This document shows, piece by piece, positions 1 through 13,362 of a stretch of 64,000 nucleotides of DNA. Origin of the DNA: Basidiobolus meristosporus CBS 931.73 (Eukaryota; Fungi; Basidiobolomycota); the NCBI GenBank assembly GCA_002104905.1, contig MCFE01000084.1:114274-178273 (forward strand). The letters run 5' to 3'. Numbering within the stretch: position 1 is the stretch's first letter; each line of letters starts with the position of its first letter. Position numbers and translations under genes: made by a program. The notes under the pieces were generated by a model. That model saw only the letters and a program-made list of their open reading frames with translations, was not told where the DNA came from and did not search any database.

Positions 1-2970
1 TAGGCAAGTACCTGCATCAGTACCTGTGACATATGACCTAAGTCTGTGGTACCATTACAATCATATCAATACCATATAAGGTATCTCTATGTTGCACAGG
101 CTTTAAAATACTGATTGTTGACTATGTGGATATGCTGTGGCTTTAGGACCTTCTAGGACCTTCTTAGAATATTTTTAGCTCATAGTGATGTCATCAAGAG
201 TTCTACTTATGCCTGGTATCCTCCTGAACCCTGTCATTGGTGACCACTTGGCAGTTGGGAAAGGTACTTAAGGGAAGTTAATATCTCATCAATCAGTCAT
301 CCCTTCTATCAGCAACACATTCCACATATTGACTAGTAGATGATCACTGCACCTACCTTTGGCAGTTACACCTTGGACTTACCATTAAGGAGCATTTCAG
401 GGTAGTGCACAAGATGTGCAGAGGCCTTTGGAGTCACTTGAAGCACCTAGGAAGCTAGAGAAGCAGGAGCTTCTATCAGAGTGATATATTGATAGAGACA
501 CCAACAGTTTAGACCCAGAGGTTATTGCACCCATCAGACACCTCACACACCTTGAGTTGTGCAGCTTCTGTTGGGAGTACTGCTCCACTACCACTGTGCA
601 GGTGGTAGACTGGGGCTCACTTCCAACTCAGGGAGCTCCTCTTCTTGTCCCTTGCTTGTAGGTGGCCCTTGGTTATTTCTCTTAACTTCTAATATTTTAC
701 AATGGGACTTATGTGGGCAGTATCACCATGCTTTTCTGCTGTTAATCACTGTTCATTTTAAGCTTTGTACTTCAATTTTGGTGGTACCCATACTCTAGGA
801 ATTAAGATTCCTTCTAGATGGTTGGATACCTTTGTTGCAGTTATCATTCTTTCATTTGTCAAATATGCTGCTGGTATCTCTAATGAGATCACAGTCTCAC
901 CGGCAGATGCTATTTTCATCACATTTTGTGCTATGACTGGAGACTGTGATGGTTCTGCCTCTTCAATCCTTACACTGTTATTGCATGTCTTGGTTTCATA
1001 GGTGATATGAGTTAGTGGGATACTCTTGATATCCCACCTGAGTTCAGATGCACTGTAGAGTATGTCCATGTTATGTTGAATAAACCAACTCTGACCAATA
1101 AGTAAGTCATTGGTGGCAATGTGTAGTATCACAACACCTTGGTATAATCAGGTTACCTAGCTAGTTGGGGCAATTAAGCACCACACCCACACTTGTGTCT
1201 AATTGATCATTTACTATCCTTAGGCATATGGTGTTGTTGGGGACAATAGACTTGTTCCATTGTGCCATTGATCATAGTGCCAGAAAGTGCTGTATATTTT
1301 GTTATTAATTTGATATTTTAGGGTCATATGCATGTCAATTTTGATCCCAAATTGGCACTGTATGGCACCATCTGGCACTCTGTGGCATGATCCAGCACCA
1401 TCTGGCATGCTATGGCACTATTGGGCACTATGATCAGCTGGAATGATGGAACAAGTCTAATATCCAGCTTTGAATGTTTTACTGATAATTCTGACATTAT
1501 CAATATGTAGGATCTTGTGTCACTGAGGATAAGAATATCCTGATTCTCAATATGCACCTTTATTTATGTATTCTTGTTTGGGCTCTGTAGGACCATCTGG
1601 TTGACATGAAGGGTTGTGATCTCCATCAGTCCCTCTAACAGCTCTTTGACTAGGGCCAGGGCAAGTCCCAGCAAATTGGTTATTGAGAGGATCACCTTGG
1701 TTTGCTCCAGCACCTTAGTTATAGGGAGCAGGCCATGGGAGGGAGAACTGGTATTCTTTATTTGCTTTAATACCTCTTCACCTACTTTCACATTCTTTGT
1801 TTTAGCAGAACCTCTACTGCAGGTTTGATTGTGTCTTCTCTAGAAGCATTGTGTTGACACTTCTTCAGCACTACAACCATTCTAACAAGAGGGCTTAAAT
1901 TGGTTGAGTCCTATTAGCTTTCTGGTAAGGGATTCTGACTTTTGATGCCCTCTGCTCCTTTGCATCCAATATGGGGTCTTGTCCATATATTTTTCACATT
2001 TTTGGGCCCAGTAGCATACATACAAATAACACAGATACTGTTGTTTTGGGTGCTCCATCTGTTGGGTAAGAGCTTGTACCTGAGCCTTAAGCTCTATGAC
2101 AGCTTCCCAGAGCTATTACCTTCATTGTGGACTTCCTGTATATTAGTGATCAAGAGTTCTTGGACATTTTGTTGTAGTTCCTCATGCTCTCAGTCCAGAG
2201 GGGAGGGAATTTTGACATTTTTAGAGGGGAACCCTATTCTTTGATTACTTGTATCACTATGGGGTAGCTTTCATAGCATGATGACCTCTCTTACTTGTTT
2301 GACCAGCTCCTGCAATGTTTTACATCCCTGTTGCACTTTGGATGCCCTACATCTTATTTTGCTGATTAAGCCCATGAAACTTTATGCGCTGTTGTTTGGT
2401 AATTTCATCCCTTGGGAGACACCTAACTTGTTAGAGAAATTGTTTAGTGTAGGCTTTGTAGCTCTCACTGCTTTTCTTTTGTAAGGATAGTAAAAGGGCT
2501 TCATAGTGGTATCCTTTGGCATAGAGAAAGCACATCTTGTAGGCCTCTTTAATTGCATCTTGCAGCCTATAATGCCATTGCCATGCTGACCCTTCCATAT
2601 GATTTGCAAGCTCCCTTACTTTCTTATTGTTGTCCCCTCCTGCATAAGTTACAACCTTGTCAGACTTATCAAACCACTCAAGGTCTTTCTCCCTCTTCCC
2701 CTTGTATATATTTAGTTTGATTGCAGTAGTCTTTAACTCATTTGTGCTATTTCCACTGAGATGACACCAAGTGTGTGGGCTATTACTGACTGTACTTGGT
2801 TGTTGGGAGAACTTATAGGTCAAGTCAGTACCACTTAGTCCAGAATAGCTTCCAATAGAAGGTTGCAAGAAAACAATGATCTATGCTTACTACTTCAAAA
2901 TCAGTCTCCTTTTACAACTTTACTCAACAGATTTATATATCTCCCTGAAAGGGGCTTAGGTGATAGATAA
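1..2970 (-). mobile_element. Degenerate Ty3/Gypsy-like LTR retrotransposon relic (gag + aspartic protease; RT/IN not recognisable)
   Basis: ORF 2431-2868 has a retrotransposon gag pattern (LEWFDKSDKVV..ELANHMEGSAWQWH..LLSLQKKSSESYKAYTKQF). The protease active site is decayed (ILILSDTRS, ~1520) and the protease C-terminus ATNDLLIGQSW is at ~1100. Many stops and frameshifts; almost no CpG. Confidence 0.55.
1249..1457. mobile_element. 209-bp MITE with imperfect ~33-bp terminal inverted repeats and TA target duplication
   Basis: TA|GACTTGTTCCAT..TGATCATAGTGCC at 1247-1281 is inverted at 1424-1459 (GGCACTATGATCA..ATGGAACAAGTC|TA). Removing it and one TA restores the protease frame KLDI-IVPNNTICLRIVNDQLDTSVGVVLNCP. 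Confidence 0.7.
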
Positions 2971-3005
2971 TGTGTTAGAAAATAGGGGTGTGAGCAACTT
3001 CTTGA

Positions 3006-3354
3006 TGTTGCTATATTCTGAGGAGTATTGAAAGTGATGTGGAGAACTATGGGATTTATGTTTTATTCACTTGTAGATACATTGATCAAAAGTATGGTAT
3101 TTATACTTTTGATAAAGTAGAGCAAACAAATGTGAAGAGTTTGTTAAAGAAGGTCTCAAGAATATGTGTGCAAGTTTTGGGGGGTTTTGGACAACTTTGA
3201 GAAAGATCATATTGGGGGTACCTGATAATTTCATGAAACTATTCCAAGTAAATCCATACAAGAAATTTGGTCAGGGCAGAATGCTAATCAAAGAATAAGA
3301 TCTATGTGACTAAGTTAGCGTGAATATTCAGGTGACAACTTAACAATTACAACA
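3006..3354 (-). mobile_element. Diverged Ty1/Copia LTR, same family as 45368-50050
   Basis: TGTTG...CAACA termini, 349 bp, alignable by eye to the 49702-50050 LTR. Flanks CTTGA/CTAAC do not match, so no TSD. Confidence 0.75.
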
Positions 3355-3811
3355 CTAACTAGGTAGGAGCAACAACAGGAGGGGGATGTGTAGGGGAATT
3401 ATAGGGAGGATACAGGGGAATTTGGGATAGGACTCTGAGCAAAACTCAAGGGTGAGGAGTGGGTACTACATCTAGTACTCACACAGCCATTGTTGCAGCT
3501 ACTGCAAAAGGAAAGGACACACATCAGACTGGTGCATAAAAAAGAGAGATAATCAGCAGAAAAAGTCTGAATATGGAAATGCTGCAACAACTGAAGATAG
3601 ACTATTCATATCTGTACTAAATATGCCTATAAACAAGGACTTCCAGATGTGGGATATTAATTCTGGAGCATTTTCACACTTTACACACAAAAAAGAGCTT
3701 TGTATCTAATATCAAGAAATTCCAATTAAGAAGGTTTTCATGGGTGACAATGGAACACTTGATGCAGTTGGAGAGATAGCTATCCAAGTAAACTTCAGAA
3801 GTAGTGAAGGA
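3355..3811 (+). mobile_element. Copia gag zinc-knuckle/protease fragment
   Basis: Encodes CSYCKRKGHTSDWC..EYGNAATTEDRLFIS..WDINSGAFSHFTH, closely matching the minus-strand element at ~48700-49010. Confidence 0.85.
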
Positions 3812-4155
3812 TGTTGTAAGAGTCTTGGAGATGTTGGAACTTATTGGGAGAACAAGTAGCTTTTGTGGTTTTCACTTAATGATTTATTAAATGTAAAAGA
3901 AGTATTTATATTTTTACATGTTTTGGCAAATAAACACACAAAATGTATTGAGGAAGGTCCCAAGAACATGTGTGCAAAGTTTGGGGCTGGTTGAACAACC
4001 AAGAATGCTTCACCAAAATACCAGTTACCCAGGAAATGAAATATTTTGAAGTAAATCCAACAAAGAATTTGGTCAGAATTCTTCAAGATTTGTAGACCAT
4101 AACCTAAGCGACAAAGTTGAGTGAATATTTAGGTATGACTACAAAACTTACAACC
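3812..4155 (-). mobile_element. Ty1/Copia LTR
   Basis: Starts TGTTGTAAGAGTCTTGGAGAT as in the 49702 LTR and ends ..CTTACAACC. No TSD. Confidence 0.85.
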
Positions 4156-6732
4156 GTTGGGACATCCTTGGTTCAGTTAATTTCTCACCAATTCCATGAT
4201 TTATACCAGGAAATCCAGGAATACTTATTAGCACAGACATCTATGCCTAGTTTATGTTTGACACTACGGCAATTTTCTGATCACTTATGATATTTTCGAA
4301 TTATCATTATACTCCGTTTCCTAAGCATATAGTTGCAATCCTGCACCTAAACTCAACGATATTATGGACCAAGGATGGTACCGCATGAAAGCAATATTTC
4401 ACTAGACCTTGTTTTCGTTTCAAGCCTGGCTGAAATTCTTGCTGCAATGTAAACTGTACTGAATAATTTCTGGCCAAAACAAGCCTGCATTGACGTTGTA
4501 TTCCACTTGATGGGCAGATTTGCTGCTATGGGGATATTATTGAGTAGGTCTAATAGGAACGCTGCATATACCTAGGCCACCAGTTCTGGCCCTAGGCACA
4601 TTTCCAATTTCTTGCACAACCCCTCCAAATCGAGGTCAGCTTGAGAGAAGTTTGCGATTGATGAGAGAACTGCAGTATTTATCCGAATGCTTAATACTTG
4701 CAATCCAATCTCCCAAACATATCTTACGCATCTTGGCTGTTATCAAAGCGAGGAAAGATCCATCGAGGAAGCTAATATCTGCTGCGCAAGCCAATAGGCC
4801 CGGTTTCAACAGAGGGCATCCCATCCATCGGTCGACTCCCCAGGTGATGAAAGTGATTAGTAGCTAGTTAGTCAATTGCGATTTCTGTTCTATCCGGAAA
4901 GCAGTGCGCAACATTGTCCTCGCGATTCCAGCGAATCTTGGGCCAGGGCGGATATTCCATAATATTGACTGGAGCACAAACACTGGATTTCTGGAAGGGA
5001 AGCCAATAGGAAGGCTTCGTCGGCTCCGATTTCTTGGAACACTCTCGAAACCCCAACCAATTCAAGCTGCCATGATGGCTTGGAGATGGCCCTCAATTTT
5101 CACCCGGACGCCAACTGTCTTTGAATTCTTGGCATGGTGAAAGGCTGTCTCGAATAAATAATGATTGTCGTATGTATATGTAAAGTACCCCAGCGAAGCT
5201 GCTCAGGAACTATTTCCAACCATGAATAGTCCACCGCTAATGGACAAAGAATGGATCGACGGTAGGCGGCTTCAGTACCCCTTGTTCAGCCGAGTCAATA
5301 CATCAACCTACTCTTTGATTGGTCTGCGATTAATCAGCTATGGTGGTTTCATCACACAAGGATGTGTTAAACAGAATGCCGGGTATGTGAGTGTGGGCTG
5401 GCTATGGTGTATTGTATTGAAATTGTCAGCTCCTGACAATTCACGGCCTTCCCCAAGAGTTTCCATAGCTAAATTGATTCTTTGATAATCATGTGCAATC
5501 ACGAGCGTAAATTGTTGATTAGCCCACTATGCCGAAGCAACCGACAATGGTTCCTTAACGAGTGGCTGAACCTCGTCGTTCTCGCTAGACAATACATCAT
5601 TTTCTGGAGACGCCATGTATATTGACATAAGCATCATGGCACAGGAGTGGCAACATATGTGGTATTAATTAGATGGGCCACACAGCGTTATTCCAGCTTG
5701 AGAGAACGCGATAAGCATACATAATCAGGTGTCGATAAGATCCTCCCCCTTCTACTGCCCGCCTACTTAGTGTACCGTATCCGAGCTAATTCACCATGAT
5801 TTGGTTAAATGAGCCAACAAAACACAGTTGGTGCTACCAAGGAAATCTTGAGCGCCATCAATCCACTCATCGCCCTTCTATTCTTGGAATCATCCATATT
5901 ATCTTTCTGCACAATAACCTCGCCATCCAGTCGTAACTAATACTAATCTGACCCGAAATACGTAAATCGGATCCATTGGCCTGAGGATTCAAGGTATCAA
6001 GCAGTTCTTTGATGGACAGGCCATTCATGGCTGTACTTTGCTCAGCTCTAAGTCGCCCTTAATAGGTGATGTGATAGTCTAGTGCTCTCGGTCTTTTTCG
6101 GGAACGTAGCCGATTGAATGGACGTTTATCCTGTGTTACAAATGACTGCTTATGGGGACGATTGGTTGGTGCTTCTTGATTAATGGGTTTGGCTGCCGAA
6201 AAACAAAATACCCAGCAAATACATTGATCCGAACTGGCTACACCTGCAAGTGGTGCCAAATTCTTGCAGGTCCACGAATCCATGCCCGTCAGGCGCTCCG
6301 GATAGACAGTGAAAATAATCTACAAGTGGGCTTTGGAGGGCGATGTACTGTCAATACGTGTATATGTGTAAGCTCTTCTCTACAACGAAACAACGGAATG
6401 GCGGTTCTTTTCGGTCACTGAAAGCATGTGAAAAATGGGTATAAATTAACGGGTGTACTACATGTTCAGGCTATGAGTACCTGCCATGGAAATTGAGTAT
6501 CTGGCCAGGGATGAAATCATAAGTCGTGGAAAACATGGTCTCTTCCAAATGGACACTTTCATTGGACGGAAATTAGCGAAATGAGCAACTCCGGAGTTTT
6601 CGGCGGGCACTATGTAGAGTGATTCGTCGATCATTTCGGATTAGAGTTTGAAATCATAAAATACGAGCTCACCTACAAACGTACTGACACTTTAACTGTT
6701 TAACCCCAACTTCCTTTAATTCCTTTTTCGAG

Positions 6733-7687
6733 ATGAGCGAGGCCATTGCAGCAGATTCTCCCCATTCCTACTACCTCCAGATAGGAATCATACTACTAGT
6801 TTTATTTACCGCTTACCGAGTGTTCAATTTCTATGTCAAGGCCGCGATCGCACTGGTATGGGTGTTCGTCCTCTCTCTTTACGGGTGTTTTGCCGCCTTC
6901 TTCTGCGCTGCTGTTGGAAGACGTGCTATGACTAACTGGCTTGTCGCCAGAGGCTTTGCTTATTGCGCCGCCCCTTGTGTTGGCATCACGTTTGAAGTGG
7001 AGGGTGAGGAATATCTTAATAAGGGCCCTGCAATTGTTATCTGTAATCATCAAGCCTCGATGGATGTGTTGATTATGGGACGTATCTTCCCCAAAGACTG
7101 TGTAGTGATGTCCAAGGAATCCTTGAAATATGTGCCTTTCCTTGGTAACTTTAGTAAGTGTCTGTTAACTTACCATCAATCATAGCAGCCTGTTTCTTAC
7201 CTGGTACTTTGACAGTGAGACTAGCAGCCGCCGTTTTTATTGATCGCAAGAACCACGAGAGCGCCCTTCGCACCACTCAGAACGCAGTCGAGTTTATCAA
7301 ACAGAACAAGCTCAGCCTTTGGATTTTCCCCGAAGGTACCCGCAGTCGCTTAGACAAATGTGATCTTTTGCCATTCAAAAAGGGGGCCTTCCATCTTGCT
7401 CTGCAGGCCAAGTACCCTATCATCCCAATCGTCATCGCCAACTACTCCGATGTCTACAATAGTCGTACCAAGAAATGGCCAGGTGGCTCTGTGAAGATCA
7501 AGGGTATGGCCATCCATTTCCATCATATGCATATAGTACATGCTCATTCATATTGCGATGTATAGTTTTGCCTCCTGTCTCCACTCAAGAATACACACCC
7601 GAGAGCGTTGGTGAGCTCGTAGATCATACCCGTGGTATCATGCTCGAGACTCTGAAGGAGATCTCCAAGGATTCCAAAACCGAGTAA
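6733..7687 (+). CDS. SLC1: 1-acyl-sn-glycerol-3-phosphate acyltransferase; exons 6733-7153, 7216-7503, 7566-7687
   Basis: NHQASMD (NHxxxxD), FIDR and FPEGTRS motifs, plus an N-terminal TM segment. GT-AG introns restore the frame (NF-M-RLAAAVFIDR; IK-V-LPPVS). Confidence 0.93.
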
Positions 7688-8419
7688 ATCTCCCTCCGAG
7701 CATTCTCCACCAAAGGCACTTACTGGGATTTATCAGTGCCGAGTTAACTTATTTTTTCTTCATCAAACCTGAAATAACTATCTAATTCTACCACAACATG
7801 TCAGTATCCAAACCATGCGGGAAACCCATGCTTTACTCCTACGCCAGCATTGACCATTTACACACCAGTGACTTGATCGACGGCGGTGGAGATCGGAGGG
7901 CTCCCTCGGTTTGGCTCCATTTCCACACAACCAAACCCTGGCCGAGGCCATTCCGAATAGATGAATAGATAGTTACCAAAGGGATTTCCGAATTAAAGAT
8001 TTCTATTCAAGCATAGGCCAATGCTGTTTGAGTCTGGTGGGTTAGGGAAAATTTTCGTCCTTCACATGTGATTGACGATTCTGGCTGCGATCGGTGTCTA
8101 GACTCCGTCCCTTGACGGAGATCACTTTACTTGGTCGATTCGCATGGCGAATTGATTGAAGTTACCGCTAGGTTCTCGTGGGATATAATACTATTTATTT
8201 ACAAGCTCGTATAGATGCCAGCGTGATGGGTGGGTTGATGTTCACACACAGTAAGAATACGTCTTGGCTGATATTTGAACTCAACTCCCAGGTATCACCG
8301 TGGATTTGGGAATATGCAGGATTATGTGCTGATTAAACGCAAGTCTATCTATCTATCAGTGAGATCAGGTAACGGGAGCAAGTGTGAAATATACAGCAAT
8401 GTGGTTCTTGAGGGGCTAG

Positions 8420-10285
8420 CTACCAATCCGGGATAATCGGAAGATCAACTGTATGTTTGGTCTGCCATATAGATGAGGTTTTCCTTGGTTTCATCTGGTT
8501 GAGTCGTCGAGTGAGCAGCGACGGATATGCTTTAACCACTGGCTTGGATGATGAATCCTGACAAGGGATCTCACCGTTCTCGATGGGGTCCATTTGGTCG
8601 GGATACTCATCGGACTCTGTGCAGGATTTTCTTGCCTCCAGCATGCATGTTGATGAGCAGAAACGAACACTCCTTGGGACGCGGGGGTGGCCCAGGTAGT
8701 TCTTGATTTCAACACAACCCACCCACTCACGGACATATGGGTTCAAGCAATGGTGGCATGGTCGTGATCCACCTTCGAGGTAGTGTAGGAGAGTGGCCGG
8801 GAGATGTTGTCGAGGAATGGGAACAGCATTCTTGAGGACCTGACGAGCAGCCAATTCTCGAAGTGAAGGTAGAAGAAACGATGGCCCAGATGAGGTGCCC
8901 AGAAACTGGCTTGGGCCGTTTGTTGTAGCAGTATTACTGCTGGTGCAGTCCTTCTTAGCGAATTGGTGTGATTCAAGCCGTGACGTTAATGTGTTATCGT
9001 CTCTAATGGGTGGATCGGGCCTGCGAGATCCAGAGGTGAATGGATTGCCAGTAAGCAAAACTGTTGTTTTTCGCATGAACAGTGCGATATCACCGGGGAT
9101 AACGCAAAGGCTGTTATCTGTCAAGTCCAAGGTCTCCAAACTACCTAGATCAGTGATCTCTATAGGCAAATCTAACAGCGAATTGCGAGAAAGGTCAAAT
9201 GAGCGGAGGAATCGACACCGACCAATAGAGCGAGGTAGGGTGAGCAATCGATTCTCACTAACGGCAAGCCTCACTAACTTCGATTGGGAATGTCCAATAT
9301 CTAACGGTAGGCTGACCAGGCGATTCTGCGTTAGATCCAGGTCTCGAAGATTGATAAGCTTTGAGAGGCATCTTTCAGGGAACGTTTCCAGCAAATTCCC
9401 GCCAAATATTGAGCCCAACTGAAGAGTCTCCAACTGTGTCATTTCTCCTAATGTATCTGGAAGCTCGGCAATCCGATTACCATAGAGTCGAAGAACTCTC
9501 AGCTGGGTGAGAGAGCTGGGAAGTTGTTTGGAGAAACCGGTGGATATGATATTGTTCGATAGATCCAACACCTTTAGATTTGTGAAGTGATGCAGCTCCT
9601 CGGGAAATGTGTCGAAGCGATTATGGCTTAAATTCAGAACCTCAACCTTATCTGCTATGCCAATAATACTACTCGGGATTCGTGAAAGGTGATTATGCGA
9701 CAAATCCAACTCGACAACATCGAAAGCACTCGAGTAACGATTGCAATTACTCACAGTACCAGTTGCTTGAGCCATGGCCTCGACTAACAAGCGTTCATGA
9801 ATACACGCCTCCATGGAGGCGTTTGATAGGCGCCTTCTTCTCAAACATATAGAAGTTTTGGCAGGCCTGCTGCTTTGAAGTGTGCTGGAATTAGCTCGAT
9901 TAGCAGTGTCTCCGCATACAAAAAGGGGTGCATTTTGCGTGGATTCGGCACGAACTACTCCCTGGCAAGTATTCACCAGCTGCCTGGAATGTCTATGTTT
10001 GAAATCCCAAACTACATTGCAAGATTCGATATCTGGTAGATCAGCACTTGTATTGCTCCACAAGCATTCCAGAGCGTGTGGTGGATTTTTTTGAGAGAGG
10101 GCTCTAGAAACGTTTTTGCTGTGGTATTTGGCAGATACTCGAAGATTTTTTGGCCCGACTTGTCTTCTTTCTGAAATACCCAGATTCATTACTGAGTCGC
10201 TAAACTCTGGGAAGGTTGCGATGAGAGGGACTGAAAGGTGTTGTATGGATGAAGCGTAGGCTTCGGTGGTCCAAGACAGTTGCAT
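8420..10285 (-). CDS. Leucine-rich repeat protein with LRRC58-like C-terminus; 5' end uncertain
   Basis: About 10 LxxLxLxxNxL repeats, then PSLRELAARQVL..LPATLLHYL..CHHC..VRFCSSTC. Confidence 0.8.
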   Translation of the reverse strand: MQLSWTTEAYASSIQHLSVPLIATFPEFSDSVMNLGISERRQVGPKNLRVSAKYHSKNVSRALSQKNPPHALECLWSNTSADLPDIESCNVVWDFKHRHSRQLVNTCQGVVRAESTQNAPLFVCGDTANRANSSTLQSSRPAKTSICLRRRRLSNASMEACIHERLLVEAMAQATGTVSNCNRYSSAFDVVELDLSHNHLSRIPSSIIGIADKVEVLNLSHNRFDTFPEELHHFTNLKVLDLSNNIISTGFSKQLPSSLTQLRVLRLYGNRIAELPDTLGEMTQLETLQLGSIFGGNLLETFPERCLSKLINLRDLDLTQNRLVSLPLDIGHSQSKLVRLAVSENRLLTLPRSIGRCRFLRSFDLSRNSLLDLPIEITDLGSLETLDLTDNSLCVIPGDIALFMRKTTVLLTGNPFTSGSRRPDPPIRDDNTLTSRLESHQFAKKDCTSSNTATTNGPSQFLGTSSGPSFLLPSLRELAARQVLKNAVPIPRQHLPATLLHYLEGGSRPCHHCLNPYVREWVGCVEIKNYLGHPRVPRSVRFCSSTCMLEARKSCTESDEYPDQMDPIENGEIPCQDSSSKPVVKAYPSLLTRRLNQMKPRKTSSIWQTKHTVDLPIIPDW

Positions 10286-11763
10286 ATGATTATACAAGGT
10301 GGTCAACGAAAAGATATGCTATCTATAAGGTCGGGCTAGATGAAGATTAAAATGAGGAGGTCTAAAGTTATGTGATATGGTGCAGCTTGGAGCAGCGTAC
10401 GAAAGTGGACCAGGGATGAGATTATCTAGAAGTGTATTATTACAAGTGAGTGCACACATGGCAACCAGAACAACGCCAGTTAAATAGAAATAAAAATCGT
10501 ACCTCGGAAGCACATCTGTGGTACTCATCGGATACATCCGTAGAGGCGATTCTATGGAGATTGGAATACAGAACGACTCATGTATCCCAATATGTGGGTA
10601 ACTTAGTAACATTAGGTAGTGAATGATCAATCATCAATCGCTGGAATTCCTCAATATTGCCAATTCAAACGACCGTCCCAGGCCACCCATTGGCTAGTGT
10701 GACTTCTTCACACACATTCCAGGAGATGTAGTGTTTTGTCTGTTTCAGCCTGTAGGTTGAGCGATTCTCACATCAAATTGCATCAAGTTAGATCTGATTA
10801 CTCTGTTGCTCCATACAACCATCACTCGCCTAATTTGGCAACCTGGAACCATCTGATACGGGCATGGTATTGTCCAGAACTAAAATGCCCTGATTGCTGT
10901 GAGGTACAGACCTGGTTTGGTTGCAGTGATTTGTCAGAATTTTCTGGGGAAGTCTGAATGTGTAATTATGACTAAAAGTTGATTCCATGCTTGCTAAATC
11001 CCTTCAATCAGATAACTGTACGTGCATCAGATACCCCCAAACCATTACCAGAATCCTCTATTTCCCGCGCCATTGATTATATATAGCGCTGGTTTAATAT
11101 AAAAGTACTGCCACATGGGAAATCGAACATCCTCTGCATGTTGAGCTTTGGCTCTGGCCAATGTAGGGATTCCGATGGGAAATCGAGGCTACCGATGGAC
11201 TCAACCATCAGCTGATTTTCAGTGTCCTTGGCCATAGTGGTTTCTCAGGAGAACCTCATTTGCTAAAACCTGGGACCAGTTGAAAACCATCAGGGAGTGA
11301 AGGATCTCAAGAAGGTAGTGCTGACTACTGTTTGGTGGGTGTTCTCCACACATGTGTCCTGGAGCTTGGCTATTGGATTTGGGATCGCCAAATCTGGTCT
11401 AATCCATAATGAAAAGCTCCTATTGTTGCTTAAACTTTCAATGTGATGGGTAGCTGGTTTCAGAGATCCGAAGCCTTGACATATTCTTTGACTTCGTTGA
11501 TTGGCCAGTACTTTGAAGATTCCTACTCAAATTTTACTGGCCATCTTTATTACCATGATTATGGTGATGTGGTTGTTCATAGTAATGAAAGCTGGATAAG
11601 AAGCAGTTGCAGAGACACTTCCTAAATTAGATGGATTTATCCGACATGAAGCCTAAGCTCTGGACTGTAATACCAAATTTATAAGTGCTGGAAGCTGATT
11701 CTTGAGCGGCTGGAAGAGGTTAGAACAGGGAGCTTTAAAGATTCTTATATTTCTGAGCATTCT

Positions 11764-11766
<3 letters not shown>

Positions 11767-11810
<44 letters not shown>
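11767..11810. repeat. (GA)22 microsatellite
   Basis: Perfect dinucleotide run read directly. Confidence 0.97.
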
Positions 11811-11814
<4 letters not shown>

Positions 11815-12967
11815 ATTAATTGGTCTTTAGTTGTGGCCTAACTGATTTGTGTTTCCAGGGATTAAATCCATACTAGCAACCTTTGGAATGGCGACAATTG
11901 GGCTATCTCCAGATTCAGACGTGTGACTGCTACTTCTCTACTTGTTCATCAGTAGTCAGGCTGTAATGACCTAGAGTCAAGCAAAGGTAAGTGTATTGAC
12001 TGGTTGTAACGCTAATTTACACTGGCATCATTGAGGGTATCCGCTCCCGTAAGACATTGGTACAGAAACCAAAGGTGACATTATATTGAAACCCCTATCC
12101 TGACGCTGGGCTCGCAAAGGTGTGCTGTTTACTTTCCAACACGTGTTTTGACGACTCGGCCTGCTTGGAAATTCTCACCATCTTCAGCATTAAGCGCCTG
12201 GAAAATGAAGAAATCGGCCATTTACTTGCCCACTGTATCGTGATGTGCTCAGTCCTAGTATTTAGGATTATATTTCGATTGTGCCTTGCCAGCATTGATG
12301 TGTAAAATTTTGATTATTCAGATATCGTACTTTAGATGGTCGAAATACCATTTCGGATGCGAGAATCACATCTTATCTCTGGGATTGCATCTCTGAGCTC
12401 TGTATAAATATGTCACCATAGTAAACCAAAGGGAGGTTCTCACGTAATCTTCGTTTCATTTACGTATTCAGAAATCTTATCAATTATGCAAATCGATAGG
12501 AAGCTTGAGTCAAGGTCAAGCGGGAAACCTAGTATAAACCATGAATTTTTAGTAAACCAGGTTTGTACCTTTCAAGACTAAGCCACTTGCGACACGCATC
12601 TAGAGTTGGGAAGTTTTTGCTTAGTACTCTTCTACCCTTCTACCCTTTTACCCTGTTTTTACTGCTTCCTCCTTGTTGGCAAGCGTTGTTTCTGAAAGAA
12701 CTGGGCGAAGCTCTGACACTAAACGTCGGTTGATATATTTGTTGGTCATTCGCTTTTATATACCCTTGAGAGTGGGCCCAATTCGTGTATTTTACCTTGG
12801 AAGAACTGCCGACGGATGTTTGCCTTGAAGTATTGTAAATTTTCTAGTGACAAAAGCCAGGCTTCAGGTATTTATCCATGGCCACTTTATTTTCTCAAAT
12901 GCCCACCAACTAAATGTTTTCCTTCCATGCGTTGTCACTTCAAATCTAACCGTTGCTGACTCAATAG

Positions 12968-13362
12968 TTCGAGTACTTTCTACCTATTGCAAAGGTTAGA
13001 CAGCCATTTCCCCACCTTTGGATATGATATTGACTACTATCTTTCTCCCCTTAGCTCAAAAACAATATCTAGTTATTGCCAAAGATTTTATTGATGAGGA
13101 GGCAATATCCCGTCGTTTGGCTACTCGCGATAGTCATTTAGCACGGTGTCGGAAGTTATATAAGGACCGACGCATGCTTGCTGCGGGCGCACTCAAATCT
13201 GACGATAGCGATTATGGTAAAATGCTAGGCTCCTGTCATATTTATGAAGCGGAAAGTATCGAACAAGTCAAAGAATTGATCAGTCAGGATCCGTATATTG
13301 CCGGTAGAGTCTGGGAAGATGTCAAGATCATGCCTTTGGCCCTGGTGCCCTTAAACTCATGA
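12968..13362 (+). CDS. YciI/YCII-domain protein; intron 12995-13054; start exon further upstream not resolved
   Basis: QYLVIAKDF..RLATRDSHLARC..LAAGAL..GSCHIYEAESIEQVKELISQDPY..VW is a YCII pattern. GTTAGA..TTAG intron. Confidence 0.8.

Noticed and set aside
5165-5485. ORF with a faint RRM-like ending (WIDGRRLQ)
   Set aside because: No RNP1/RNP2 spacing and no convincing start or splice context.
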